From positions 70,867,992 through 70,931,991 of the forward strand of contig JAUZTB010000127.1 of NCBI GenBank assembly GCA_034780895.1: a stretch of DNA of 64,000 nt, in the 5' to 3' direction. Below the pieces are notes generated by a model, which searched no databases, had not been told where the DNA came from, and saw only the letters and a list, made by a program, of their open reading frames with translations. This stretch comes from Rhynchobatus australiae (taxonomy: Eukaryota). The position numbers and the translations under genes are program-made. Position 1 is the first letter of the stretch; each line of letters opens with the position of its first letter. Shown here one piece after another: positions 51,751 to 64,000 of the stretch.

Positions 51751-53157
51751 CCTTGTTTCTGGGGATGATTATTTTTCATAAGGCTGGCTTTTGCTTCTTT
51801 ATTAGAGTTTTCAAACAACTATTTCTATCTTGATGCTCTTACAATAGACATTTCTGTTGAATGTTTACATTATGGTACTATTTTTGTGAAAGGTTTCCAG
51901 CCCACACCATTGTTGCAGGCATCAACTGCTAACCATAATTCTAGGGACAATCCAGGCCTTGAACATTCCAAAGGACTGCTAATGGACCTACCAATCACCT
52001 ACCATCCCACAGCCATCAAAATATGTTGGTGAATTTGAAGGAGAAAGACATGTATGGCTAGGAAGGTCCATTTGTACTTCAGATATGTGGCACCAAGCTA
52101 CAGTCAAGAGCTACTGTATTCAGGCTCCTTGGCTATATCTAAGGAAATCTTGGATATGCCATCCTCACTTTATCAGATAAGCTGTTGCTGTGTTGCATTG
52201 TCAGCAAGCAAACAAGGTCTCTGATGGAAGCTTTCCCTTCAAGTAACCACCAAGTTTGAATTGCAGCTTTAAAGATATTATTTGTGGTGTCAGATATGAT
52301 GAATGTGACCTGTGCTTTTGAGGGTGCATTACAAATATAGCACCAGAACGTTAGCTTAATTCAATGCATATGCAGAGTGCAGGCATTCTCAATCTTTAGT
52401 GAGAACGTTTTCGTGTGCCCCAGAACAACACACTGCATCATTTTCCTCACTCAATCTGTTTATGTGAAAGGCTGTATCACCTCTTGTCTATTCCTTCAAT
52501 GCCACCTGTTCATTGAATCCAATTTAAATGTTCTCCACATTCAAAATAATGACAACTTTACTGCAACACATTTACTCCAACAGGACCTTCAAACTTTAAG
52601 AGGTAATTCCAATGGTCCCAACAGCAATATGTCATAGGTAACACAAGAAAACAGCCCTCTAAAAGTTGTAGAATTCTTTCATCTCCATCATTCTCGAAAA
52701 GGATTCACACCGGCCAGGCAAATATACTGTGAACTTTAAATTAAGTGATGGGCAAACCAATCCACTTGTAAGGGGACAACATGGGCTTGTAACAATCCTG
52801 GTTGTTTGTCTACAAACTCAGGTACTCAGGTCTTCAAATACAAAGTATTAAATTGGAGCTTACACTTCTCCCAATGATATATTTGATTTTATTTATCATT
52901 TGATCAAGCAATAAACCACAGAAATAGCAAAGAACCAATGATGTCAAATTAGATTTGACATAGATCTGGTGTATTTTCAATACTAGAATTTATTTCTTAT
53001 TATGTGCACTGTATTCACATTCAATGAAATTTATGTGACAGAACAAAGCAAAAGAAATGTTTATATTTTTATATATTCTGAAATGCTGTTTGTAGTTAAA
53101 TTTCCAAACTCTGTATTCTGTCTCTAATAACAAGTATATTTTATACTTTTTTAATAG

Positions 53158-53203
53158 AAATGGCAAGGACTCCATTATTCTGACTGTCCTTCAGCCTTAT
53201 CAA
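53158..53203 (+). CDS. FRMPD3: FRMPD3-like coding exon C (end of PDZ domain)
   Basis: Acceptor ttttttaatAG, donor CAA|GTgagt. 46 nt, phase 2 to 0, encoding (R)NGKDSIILTVLQPYQ; homologous to FRMPD4 RSCKESILLTVIQPYP. Confidence 0.92.
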
Positions 53204-56200
53204 GTGAGTGTGCTCCTTAATTCTATTATATATAGCATGCATGCTGTCTAACGAAGTACGATTTAAAATCCCCAGTAGCATCAATTGGCAGATACGCCTC
53301 AGTGTCCGGAAATATTCCTGGCCTGTTTCCTGAGCTAAACTGAATTCTCATCATGGCAAAGCAACAGTTCAGTGCTCCACTTAAATTAATATCTGCTGAA
53401 ATCTCCATTCGGTAAACATTATACTGTATAATTTTGATTTCCCTTTTAAGATTTCAAATCTGGATTTCAATAGATCATTGGAATTTAGTCTCTTTCTTGT
53501 GAATAAGGCATTTACAATTTGAACTCGCCAACTAAACCATCATATTCTGAGAGAGCAAGCAAGGTCAATCTGTCGCTTTATCCTCAAATGCTGGATAGCT
53601 TTCACTACAATTTAGTGTGATTATCTTCAGTTAAGTAGTAAGAAGGAGAAGGAAAATATCATGTAATAAATGCATTACTGAGGTTGAATTAACGGACACA
53701 TTCAGTTTTAACTGTGTATCTGGAATGATTGAAGTTGTTAGTGCTCAATCTGAGGTTTATTTTACACTCTATTAGAAAACAGAAATAATGCATAAATTTA
53801 CTAACAAAATGGGATTAACTTTGCAACATCCAGCACCTTTTCTATTGGACACAGTTGGAAGGGCTTATAACAACTTGCCTCAGCAGCCTGAGGAAAAACT
53901 GTAAACATTCTTCAAATCCTATGCCGATTAGGGTATATTAGGCATCATGGACCTTTGCTACAACACAATCCGTTGGAGCAGATACTGAAGGTGAAATCAG
54001 CAGAAAGACTTTTTATATACTGGGTCTTCATTATTCGCAGGGAAACGGACCTTCCACAGATAACAAAAAAAGTGCATCATACTAAGGCTGCAACAAGATA
54101 CAGCGGTCAATCCCTCCATGAATTTGTCAATTTATATTTAAGTATCAGTTTCAGCCAGTAATGTAAACCTACCCACATCTCTGACCTCCAGTGTTTTCAA
54201 TCTTGACACTAACCATTGTTCCAGCTCTAGCCACACACCCGGCCCACACTCCAGAACCTAGCTCNNNNNNNNNNNNNNNNNNNNNNNNNNNNNNNNNNNN
54301 NNNNNNNNNNNNNNNNNNNNNNNNNNNNNNNNNNNNNNNNNNNNNNNNNNNNNNNNNNNNNNNNNNNNNNNNNNNNNNNNNNNNNNNNNNNNNNNNNNNN
54401 NNNNNNNNNNNNNNNNNNNNNNNNNNNNNNNNNNNNNNNNNNNNNNNNNNNNNNNNNNNNNNNNNNNNNNNNNNNNNNNNNNNNNNNNNNNNNNNNNNNN
54501 NNNNNNNNNNNNNNNNNNNNNNNNNNNNNNNNNNNNNNNNNNNNNNNNNNNNNNNNNNNNNNNNNNNNNNNNNNNNNNNNNNNNNNNNNNNNNNNNNNNN
54601 NNNNNNNNNNNNNNNNNNNNNNNNNNNNNNNNNNNNNNNNNNNNNNNNNNNNNNNNNNNNNNNNATATGCTTTAATGTGCTGGGGATAGTTCATGCAAAC
54701 AGTAGGGCTCACATTATGACATGAGGAAACCATTGTTGGATGCAGGTGTGTCCTTATGACCTGTGATCCAGGTGACAGATCCAGGAAGCACTTTATCAGC
54801 AAATTTAACCTAAGTATTGTAGAACATTAATGGCCAGATTCAAGCATTACATAGCTTTCTAATTTAATTTCAGTAAAAGCTATTTATCTAAGAGCCAACA
54901 ATTCAGGTAATTACATCTATATTCTTTGTTAATTAAGTGGAATGACTTGTTTGTGTCCTCTGAAACTTACCCTTTTACTCTTTTCACCTTCCCTATATTT
55001 TGATTCAAAGGATTTATATTTTTCTGCAAATGGGTTGAAGATCACAGCGTGGCAAACACAAAAGACAAAAATCCCTGACTTATCTCCCAATTAAGCAGAG
55101 TAATGAATAAAATGAAAATTAAATGTGGAGAAATAAATATAATTAACAACCAGCGGGCACCGCTGGTGAGTAAAGGTAAACAAGCTTGCATTGCTGAGAG
55201 CTTTTATTGTCACAGCTTATTTAATGCTTATTTCAACTAATTAATTAAGCACAGGGAAGAGATATATTTCTGCTTTAGTTTTAATTGCTGCCTCCATTTT
55301 ACTGGAATGAGCTATATCTTGGAAAATGAAATAAAATGTTTTCTTTTAATCATAACTAAATTATAAATAAGATGATAAAGGATTCATTTGAGTTTATTTT
55401 TGACAGAGCAGACAGGAAGTTTTCTTCCTCCCTCAAAAGCCTTCCATCAGTGTGTGATGTCACAAAGAATTAGGACAAAATTACAAACTAGGAAGTCTAC
55501 TGAGAGAACAAGCATATTATTTGTTGTTGCTAACAATTACGATTACATATGGAAATTTCAGGAAAAGACTTAATGGCAAAATCATCTGCAAATTCCTGAT
55601 GTTGCTGGCAGGAACAACCAGAAGGAGGATTAGTACTAATTTCAGTGATGCAAAGGTAAAAGCATTAGAGGAAGGAATATAGACTGAATTTCTCAAGACT
55701 GTTTTAAGATTTGAATAGATTTTGCCAAAAGTATAACATTAGTCTTGTTGAGCATGTGATGGATTGTGACTATATTATAACACAGATTGTTGTTGAGAAG
55801 TGCTGAGGCTCTTTACAGATTCTCATCACAATATCACAGATTTTGTTGTGTCTATTAAAATTCCAATTGCATTGGATCTCTAAACTGGAAATGTATTTTC
55901 TTGCCAAATCTGTTGAAACCTCTAGGCTGTTCTTTAGAATTAAGATTAATAGTTATTTATCCCATTTGTTCAGCTAAGAATTGTGAAATGAAAATGTAAG
56001 GAAAAAGTTGAATATTGGCTCAGAGTTCCCAATATCCTTTAAGACTGTCAGAATTTATAGGCTTTTCAAACACATGACCGCACATGAGACATAAACTAAC
56101 TGCCACTGGCAGGAGATCAGCTCCACTGNNNNNNNNNNNNNNNNNNNNNNNNNNNNNNNNNNNNNNNNNNNNNNNNNNNNNNNNNNNNNNNNNNNNNNNN

Positions 56201-57936
56201 NNNNNNNNNNNNNNNNNNNNNNNNNNNNCAGGAGATCAGCTCCACTGACAGTGCAGCAAAGTATAAAATATTACCTCTTAATAGGTAGAGCTCATTTTGC
56301 ATGAAGTGCACACTGACATTAAAATGTTTATTTAAAGGATTGCCCGATCCAGTAGCATACTACTGATGCAATCAATTGACAGGGAAGTTTGGGAGCTATC
56401 GCAAATTAATATTGTAAGTTGATGAAATATTTATTGTTCTTTTTCTGGTATCGAAGTTAAATCTTTCTAGGTATTTTCATGTTAGTGCTCCTTCAGTTAG
56501 GGATGTGTAGTGAGCAAACTACAAAATGGATCTTTGTGTAAAAACATATCTTTCAACACTTCACAAATATAGCCACTGAGCAAAAGTAAACTGCAATCAT
56601 TTAAGGACAATGAGTCTTTTAGGGCAGCTTATGAAACAATCCTTGACATGCTGTGTTTGCTTTACAATATTACAGTAGCAGACTGGTCAGCTCCACAGGG
56701 TAAATCAAAGAGCTTCTTATATATCATGGCAACATGAAGGCTATCCTGAGATACAGGTGCAAAGTTAGCATTCCTCCTCCCACAAATGAGTTGGAAGAGC
56801 CTCTATAGCAATAACAACATTTTGTGTCATGGTTAATCTGACTTGGAGCTTTTCATGGAGCTTGACTTGACTACATTGACCACTTGTGTAGTTTCCTTGT
56901 TATTCTCCTGTACGCATCCACCTCATTTCTCAACAAAGACTCCACATCGAGCATGCAAATACAAATCAACTTTGAGTCAAAAATCATTTCGAAACCCTAG
57001 TATCTCTTCACAGAAATGCCAGCAGTTCTCTGCACATGCACCAAGTTTTGGATTCCCATGATAATTTCCCAGTTGTGCAGGAACAGTGTCTCCATTTAAT
57101 TGATTGGAGAAGAATGATTGCAACCAAAAAAAGTAAACATGAGATAATTTATATTATTTAAATTAACTGAGTTAAGTAATATATTAATGAAATGCTTTTA
57201 GTTGTATAAAAGTGTTTCAATATTTGCATATTTTAAAATATTTTTCTTTAATTGTTTTTTTAATAGTTTTTGAATGTTTTCAATGGCTTAGATATGGATA
57301 TGGATTTGCTAGTTGTTAAAGCTCTTTCAGTTGTTTCAGGGCTAGTTCTGGCTCCATCATATGACAAGAATATTACGCAAAGCACTGTTGCCACTCAGGA
57401 CCATTGAGGGTGGAGCTGGCTTGCAAATGCATGTCAATAGTAACCATAAACTTATCAACTTATGGATTTCAATGGCAAGAGCAGGCAGATCAAAGCTGGT
57501 GGAAAATTCTGGGTCCTTAAAGTATTTTTAGTTACTTGTAGCATTCTAGGATCCTCTGCTGAGTAGAAGCCTCACTCAAAACTCTGCAACCAACAAAGCA
57601 ACACCTTTGGAGAGGTTTGCCCACATATTTCCAGGCTAGATAAGTCCAGGTCGAACACACAGCATAATTATAAAGGTTCCACAAAAAACAAATTAACAAA
57701 TTGGCTGGACAGACAAAAGAAAAAAGAACAAAATTAGATCAAAAACTTTATCATTGTTTTCCCAAAGGCCCAAGGAGATCAGTCAAGACTTGGGTTATTT
57801 ACTGTACTCTACAGCCTTCTTCATAAAACATTCAAAAGCTTGCTTAGCATTATTTATTTGACAAAGTGTTTGAATGGATCTTGGATGCTGTTCTAACATC
57901 GACATAACACAGTCAATGTTGCTTTTTATTTTATAG

Positions 57937-58083
<147 letters not shown>

Positions 58084-58569
58084 TAAACCACCCACCTCCA
58101 CTTCATCAGTGGTTGGCAGTTAAGACGATGAGAGGAATTCATGCTGTATTCCTGCCACCTCCATCTTAATGACCAAAAAGTGCCTTGCAAGCCAAGAGAT
58201 GCAGGAGAGCTCATGTAGTCTTGGTTCTAGAAGGATACTTTGGGCATCCACAGCCACTGGCTTCCAAGCCCTAAATGGGAACTCCACTGACTTTGCTTTT
58301 CCAATCCCATTCATGATTAACCTCTATGGGTCCCCAGTATTATCCTGAAATCTACTCCACACCCATCGCTTTCAATTCCTACCCACTGAGAATCAACAAC
58401 AAACTAAATCAGGAATGGGGAGGGATTTGGGGAGACTACCAAAGAGGATCATTCAAAGACAAGATAGAAAAGTTTTAAGAAATAAATAGTTCAGTGTATT
58501 TTTCAACCCTTGCACATCTAATTGCTTCCTTAGACAAAATGCATCCAATTCACAACTTGATCTGGTAGT

Positions 58570-58880
58570 AAATTCTAACCTCCATGTCAGAAGATTTAGA
58601 TTCATATCCCTGACAGGAGTGAGGAAGTAATGCATAGCTAGAAGTAAACAGTCCCATTTAAAGTAGGGACATGTTCCCAGTTTCCCACCAGAATTTAGTT
58701 CTCAACCATCACCTCCAAAATAAATTAAATGGTCACTTACCCCTTTGCCATTTATGAGCTCTTGCTATGCACATATTATCAACAGCATTCATCTACAGTA
58801 CCTCTTCATCTTTGGAAAAGAAATTAAGTGACTCTAAAGTGCTTTAGGTTGTCTCATAAATATGGAAATCACTAGTATTT
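58570..58880 (+). mobile_element. Deu-domain SINE remnant
   Basis: tcagaagatttagattcatatccc head; tttatgagctcttgctatgcacat..gactctaaagtgctttaggttgtc tail like SacSINE1. Confidence 0.5.
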
Positions 58881-59019
58881 TTGTTACTATAAATGTAAGG
58901 AATGTTGCAAATTATCCATGGTGTAGTCACTGATATTTTATGAGACAAACGGTGGATGGGTTAAATGGCCAATTAGCTATTTAACTACTGATAATATGGC
59001 ACCATCCTCACTCACTTCA

Positions 59020-60170
59020 CTGGAGTGTTATAAAGCAAAATGTGCCACTCAGTCACAAAAGGAGTTGCTTGGGCAAATATCCAAAAATTGGTCAAAGGGG
59101 AATTTTAAAAGGAGGATGAAAGGGTTGAAAGGGGTTTTGTTTTTGGGGGGGGGGGGGGGGGGGGGGGGGGNNNNNNNNNNNNNNNNNNNNNNNNNNNNNN
59201 NNNNNNNNNNNNNNNNNNNNNNNNNNNNNNNNNNNNNNNNNNNNNNNNNNNNNNNNNNNNNNNNNNNNNNCCCCCCCCCCCCCCCCCCCCCCCGGCAGGA
59301 GCATAGAACTTTGTCATCAGCAGATGAGGCCACCAATAGTAGAATGTTTCTGATCTTGTTGGAGGACCACGACAAGTTCAGTGGATGCATGGCTTGATTG
59401 GGGTTAGAGCTGAGATGGAACAGTAATGGAGGGATTGAAAACACCAATGAAAACATTAAAATCTGGTATTTCTTATTCAGGAGCCAATTTAGGTCAGCAA
59501 GCGCAAGATTAATGGGTGAATTGGACTGGTGCAAGTTTGGACACAGGCAGCAGTGTTTTGGCTGACCTCAAGTTAACAGAGTGCAGACAAGGGAAGTGAA
59601 GATGCACGGCCAGCCAGAAATATTCAGGCCTAGAGATACAAAGGCATGGATGAGGGTTCCTGCAGCAGATGAGCTGAAGCAGAGATGGAGTCAGGTGAGG
59701 TTACAGAGATAGAAACAGCCACTTTATGATGCCACAATATGTGTTCAGAAGTTCACCTTCAGGTAGAATACAATACCAAGACTGAACCTCAAGCAATTGC
59801 CAGGGAGAGAAATGGAGTCAAAAATTTTAATCTGCCCAATACAGTTTACTCTTTGTCCTGTACTGAATGGCAAGCAAGCGGTTTGATGACTTTGAGACTG
59901 TGGGTGGATCAGGAGGGGTGGTGGTGAGGTGGAGTTGGGTGCTGCAGAGTATGTGGAAACTAACACCTTGATTTTAGCTGATTTGCCTTAGGACAGCATG
60001 TGATTGAGGAATAGAAATAGAATAATTCTTTGGAGGACTGCAGAAGTAATCTTGCAGGCAAGGGAAATGAAACTATTGCACTTGACCTTTTGGCCATGAA
60101 TAAACTGATAAGAATTGAATAAATTCAATCCCATCAAGCTGGATGACGGCAGAGAAATTTAAAGGAAGAC
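59020..60170 (-). mobile_element. L2 LINE 3' portion
   Basis: caaaggcatggatgagggttcctgcagcagatgagctgaagcagagatggagtc reads, reversed, RLHLCFSSSAAGTLIHAFVSLG (L2 ETLIHAFVTSRLDY); also ggcagcagtgttttgg (QN.AA). Confidence 0.8.
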
Positions 60171-60289
60171 AGTATCACAGACATGGAAGACGCAATAACA
60201 CTTTTAATGGTTAGCTGAGAGATAAATACCGTGCAGGACCCAAGGATCACTACATGCATTTTTTTTATGGCAGGCAGCCTGACAATTAA

Positions 60290-60625
<336 letters not shown>

Positions 60626-61339
60626 TAAAATTACAATCACTTTAATTAAAAAATAGAGTCATGAATATCTGCAGTTGGAAAGTTAACTGGGTATAGTATA
60701 GGAACGTGGAAATTCAGTTGAGCTTTGTTTTTAATTACTGGTGGAAAATACTGTATGTGCCTAAGGATTCTGCACACAAATGTGCTCCTATCCCATGCCT
60801 GGAGGGTTGCCTTTAGTGGTTTGGGTTGGGTTACTCCATGGATATCCTGTGTTCATTAAAATTATTCAAGCAGATAATTACAGGACACCATTGTGAATTG
60901 TTCTGGTCCAGCATTTGCTTGTAAACAAACCAAGCAGCTCAGAGTATGAAATATCATCAAGCTCTCTACAAGAGTACTACATGAAGAACTCAACAATAAA
61001 ATTCATTTTCACTAATTTCACACACAAAATTGCAAATAGCACAATGACTGGGGCTAACGTTAGAACATCATCATGTGATGTAGGTGTGAGTAAATGTATT
61101 CTGCTTCCAAAATTCAGTTCAATTAATATAATAGCCTTTGTATTCCTCAACTAATGAATGTTCAATTTACAATTTTTTGCTATTACATTCTTGACTCCAC
61201 AGGGTACGTGTTCTCAATTCATGATGATTTTTCACAGAGCAGAAGTGCACCAAACTTGACCCATAATGCATATTGTGCAGTACTTCCTCCCATGCCATTT
61301 TGCAGTGCTCTGCTTGTTATCAAGATTCAGGAGAAATTA

Positions 61340-62780
61340 TTCTGTGAGCCCTTCAAAAAGGCTTCAAAACATCTCAGAAGTTCTAAACTCCTCAAAGAAA
61401 TCGCAACAAGTTATAACAATTAATACTAAGCTGGATGTAATTAATGAAAATGAAAAAAACACATCAGCCATTCACTAGATCCTGCCACATTGGTGATGTG
61501 AACCATCCTTAACAACACAGACAAAATAAAATTTACTGCTCAGGCTGTTACCCCTGGAAGTGCATCACATGTTACAAAGGGCAGAAATGTTATAATGGAG
61601 TGAATGGAAAAGGGTGAAGCTTCCAATTAAAAGATGAGAATCAACAGCACGTGCCCTGGAGCTTCAGAATGATCCAGGAAAAAACAAGATTGCTAAGGCA
61701 ATACTTGGGAAAAAAAGGGAGAGAGGGTTGCTAGATCCTCTGAAAGTGCTCATACATCAAGGCCAGCCACGGTTGGTTTGAACATTTCCAGAAGCTGACA
61801 GTCCTGTATAATATTCGTCTTGTGGGGCAGGCAGCAAGTACAGATTCCATAGCAATGGAAAATTTTCCAAGGGGGCCAAAACAAATCATCACAAGGTAGC
61901 TTCTGTCCTAAACAAGATTTGATGCAGATAAGATGTAGCTCTTATGAAAACAAATGCCCTCACGTTCCATCATTTCGAGAGATGAGAAAATTGGACCAGG
62001 CTACAAGGTGGCTAAAGATTATCCTATCTCTCTCCTTGGATGCAATGCCTCAGTGACTATAAACTTAAACCTTTCTTGATCAACCACTCAGAGAACTCAT
62101 AGATCCTGAAAATATATTCAAAGATCAAATTTCTAGTGGTATGGCAATTCAACAAAAACACCTGGATGACTGCACTCCTCTTTCAGGTTTATATCATGGG
62201 GTTTCTCTTCACCTTCATTGAAACATGGGGGGAATAACCCAGAAAATAGAGCTTGGTTCTTCATTAGCAATGCTCTTGGACATCCAGTTAACATCTGGGA
62301 CATGGCTGACAACATCCAGGCAGTGTATTTGCCACCTAATATCACTTTACTGCTACAACCCAAGGACCAGAATGCTATTCAAGGCAGAATGTATTGAGCC
62401 ATATCATTTCAGTGTCAAGGAGCAATGACAAACCCACCATTCAGGAAATTTGGAAGTGGTACAACATCAATGTAGTTGCCAAATAAAGCTGGGTTTGATG
62501 AGGTGGATCAGGGCAATGTGGAAGAAGTGCTGAAATCCCATGGCAAAGAGCTCACAGATGAGGACAGAGGTCATGAGAAGAGCAAGAAGCCACCAACATA
62601 CCAGCACCATAACCATCTAAACAGCTGGTAGAAAGTGACAGCCTTCGTCAAAGACAATGATCCAATTAAATGTGATGTTGCTTTGCTGTAAGGACCAATG
62701 CCAGACGAAGAAGAAAGCTGTCCAAGTATCCATCAAAACCTTCATTAGGCCTTGTTCATCAGCCATCCATGAATAGTTCA
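61340..62780 (+). mobile_element. Tigger/pogo (TIGD1-like) DNA transposase fossil
   Basis: Ordered motifs: KKSQQVITINTKLDVINENE (psq HTH), TILNNTDKIK, EN.QHVPWSFRMIQEK, KASHGWFEHFQKLTVLYNIRLVGQAASTD, KQMPSRSIISRDEKIGPGYKVAKD..LLGCNAS, YKLKPFLINHSEN, NKNTWMT, NALGHP, IQAVYLPPNITLLLQP, GFDEVDQGNVEEVLKSHGKELTDED; several stops and frameshifts. Confidence 0.88.
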
Positions 62781-62889
62781 GGAAGAAACATTGAAAGCTC
62801 CATCAAGCTCAGATTCACCAGCACCACCATTAACAACTCTGCCTCTCACTTCCCCCCACTGACATCTAGGAGCAGGAGTAGATCCCTCA

Positions 62890-63690
62890 GCCACAAACAT
62901 GCTCAACTGGCTGGAATACAATTGTGTGGACCTAGAGGAGAATATGCAAGTAGTGGTGTTTGCACGTACTTGAAGCCTTTGTCCTTCATCATGGTAGAAG
63001 TTGCATATTTGGGAGATGTTGTCAGGGTAACCCAGGCAAGTAACTGCAGCATGTTTTCAAGAAGTGTGCAGCTTGCGGCCACTGTGTGCCAGTGATGGCG
63101 GGAATGAACGTTCAGAGTAGGGGAAGCTGTTTTGCCTGGATAATGTCCAGCTTCTTCAGGGTTGTTGGAGTTGCAATCACCCATGCAGCTGGAGAGTACT
63201 TTATCATGTTCTTTAAATGTACTTTGTAGATCGTGGAAAATCTTTGGGGTGTGAAGAGCAAACCTAGCTTCTGACATGTTTTTGCATAAAAAATATTTAT
63301 GCTGCTGATCCAGTTGAGTTCTGGCCAGTGGCCACATCCAGGATGCTGCTGGTAGGGTCTCAATGACAGTAATGCCATTGAACATCTAGAACACATGGTT
63401 GGACTCTCTCTTGTTGGAGTTGGTCAGTGCCCAACATTTTTTTTGTAGCAAAGATAACTTTCCACATCTCAGCCTGTGCCTGAATGTTTCCCTGATCTTG
63501 GTGCATGCAGCTGTTTCATTTTCTGAAGGGTGATGAATGGAATTGAACATTGTGCAATCATCAGCAAATGTTCCCACTTTTCACCTTATGATGGAATGAA
63601 GACCACTGATGAAGCAAATAGAAGCTGGTTGGGCCTGAGACACTGCCCCAAGGGACAGCTGAAGTGATTTTCTGGGCCTGGTTGCTTAAC
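62890..63690 (-). mobile_element. CR1-clade LINE RT C-terminal fragment
   Basis: ORFs 63386-63577(-) GTFADDCTMFNSI..SNKRESNH and 63112-63396(-) ELNWISSIN..STIYKVHLKNMIKYSPAAWVIATPTTLKKLDIIQAK. Confidence 0.85.
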
Positions 63691-63833
63691 TACTATCAAT
63701 GACAGCCACCACCTCTGTAAAAGAAATGATTATAACCAAACAACATGGTCCAGTGGCAAGTGACTTCAGTGTGAAATCTGCTTCACCATGTTTAATAAAA
63801 TTGACTGTTTCTCCCTTGCAAATCCTGGAATAG

Positions 63834-64000
<167 letters not shown>

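Noticed and set aside
56840-57520. Possible MITE with an AT-rich core ending ggaaaattctgggtcc
   Set aside because: I could not find a matching left TIR or a TSD.
58996-59534. Gly/Pro-rich ORFs (formin- or WASP-like)
   Set aside because: They come from the poly-G and poly-C runs flanking an assembly gap.

Overview
Eukaryotic, AT-rich, gap-ridden draft genomic DNA. The repeat content (HE1-type and Deu-domain SINEs, CR1, L2, Rex1/Babar, Penelope-like elements) points to a cartilaginous fish, probably a ray or shark; this is an inference. The window holds six + strand coding exons of a FERM-and-PDZ-domain gene, best matching FRMPD3. They encode the PDZ domain and the start of the FERM domain, have canonical AG/GT splice sites and join in one continuous frame. 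The first coding exon(s) are not visible and the last exon is cut by the window end. The rest is intron filled with decayed transposons: two Harbinger fossils (one with transposase plus Myb-like gene), a Tigger/pogo transposase fossil, a Penelope element with long inverted termini, a probable solo LTR and many LINE/SINE pieces. Most ORFs in the supplied track are spurious or run through N gaps. I see no convincing new multi-gene system. The best leads are a candidate 12-nt in-frame microexon inside a hairpin, hammerhead-like remnants in Penelope termini, and a possible WW remnant plus FRMPD4-like residues in this FRMPD3. All family assignments come from recalled motifs, not database searches.
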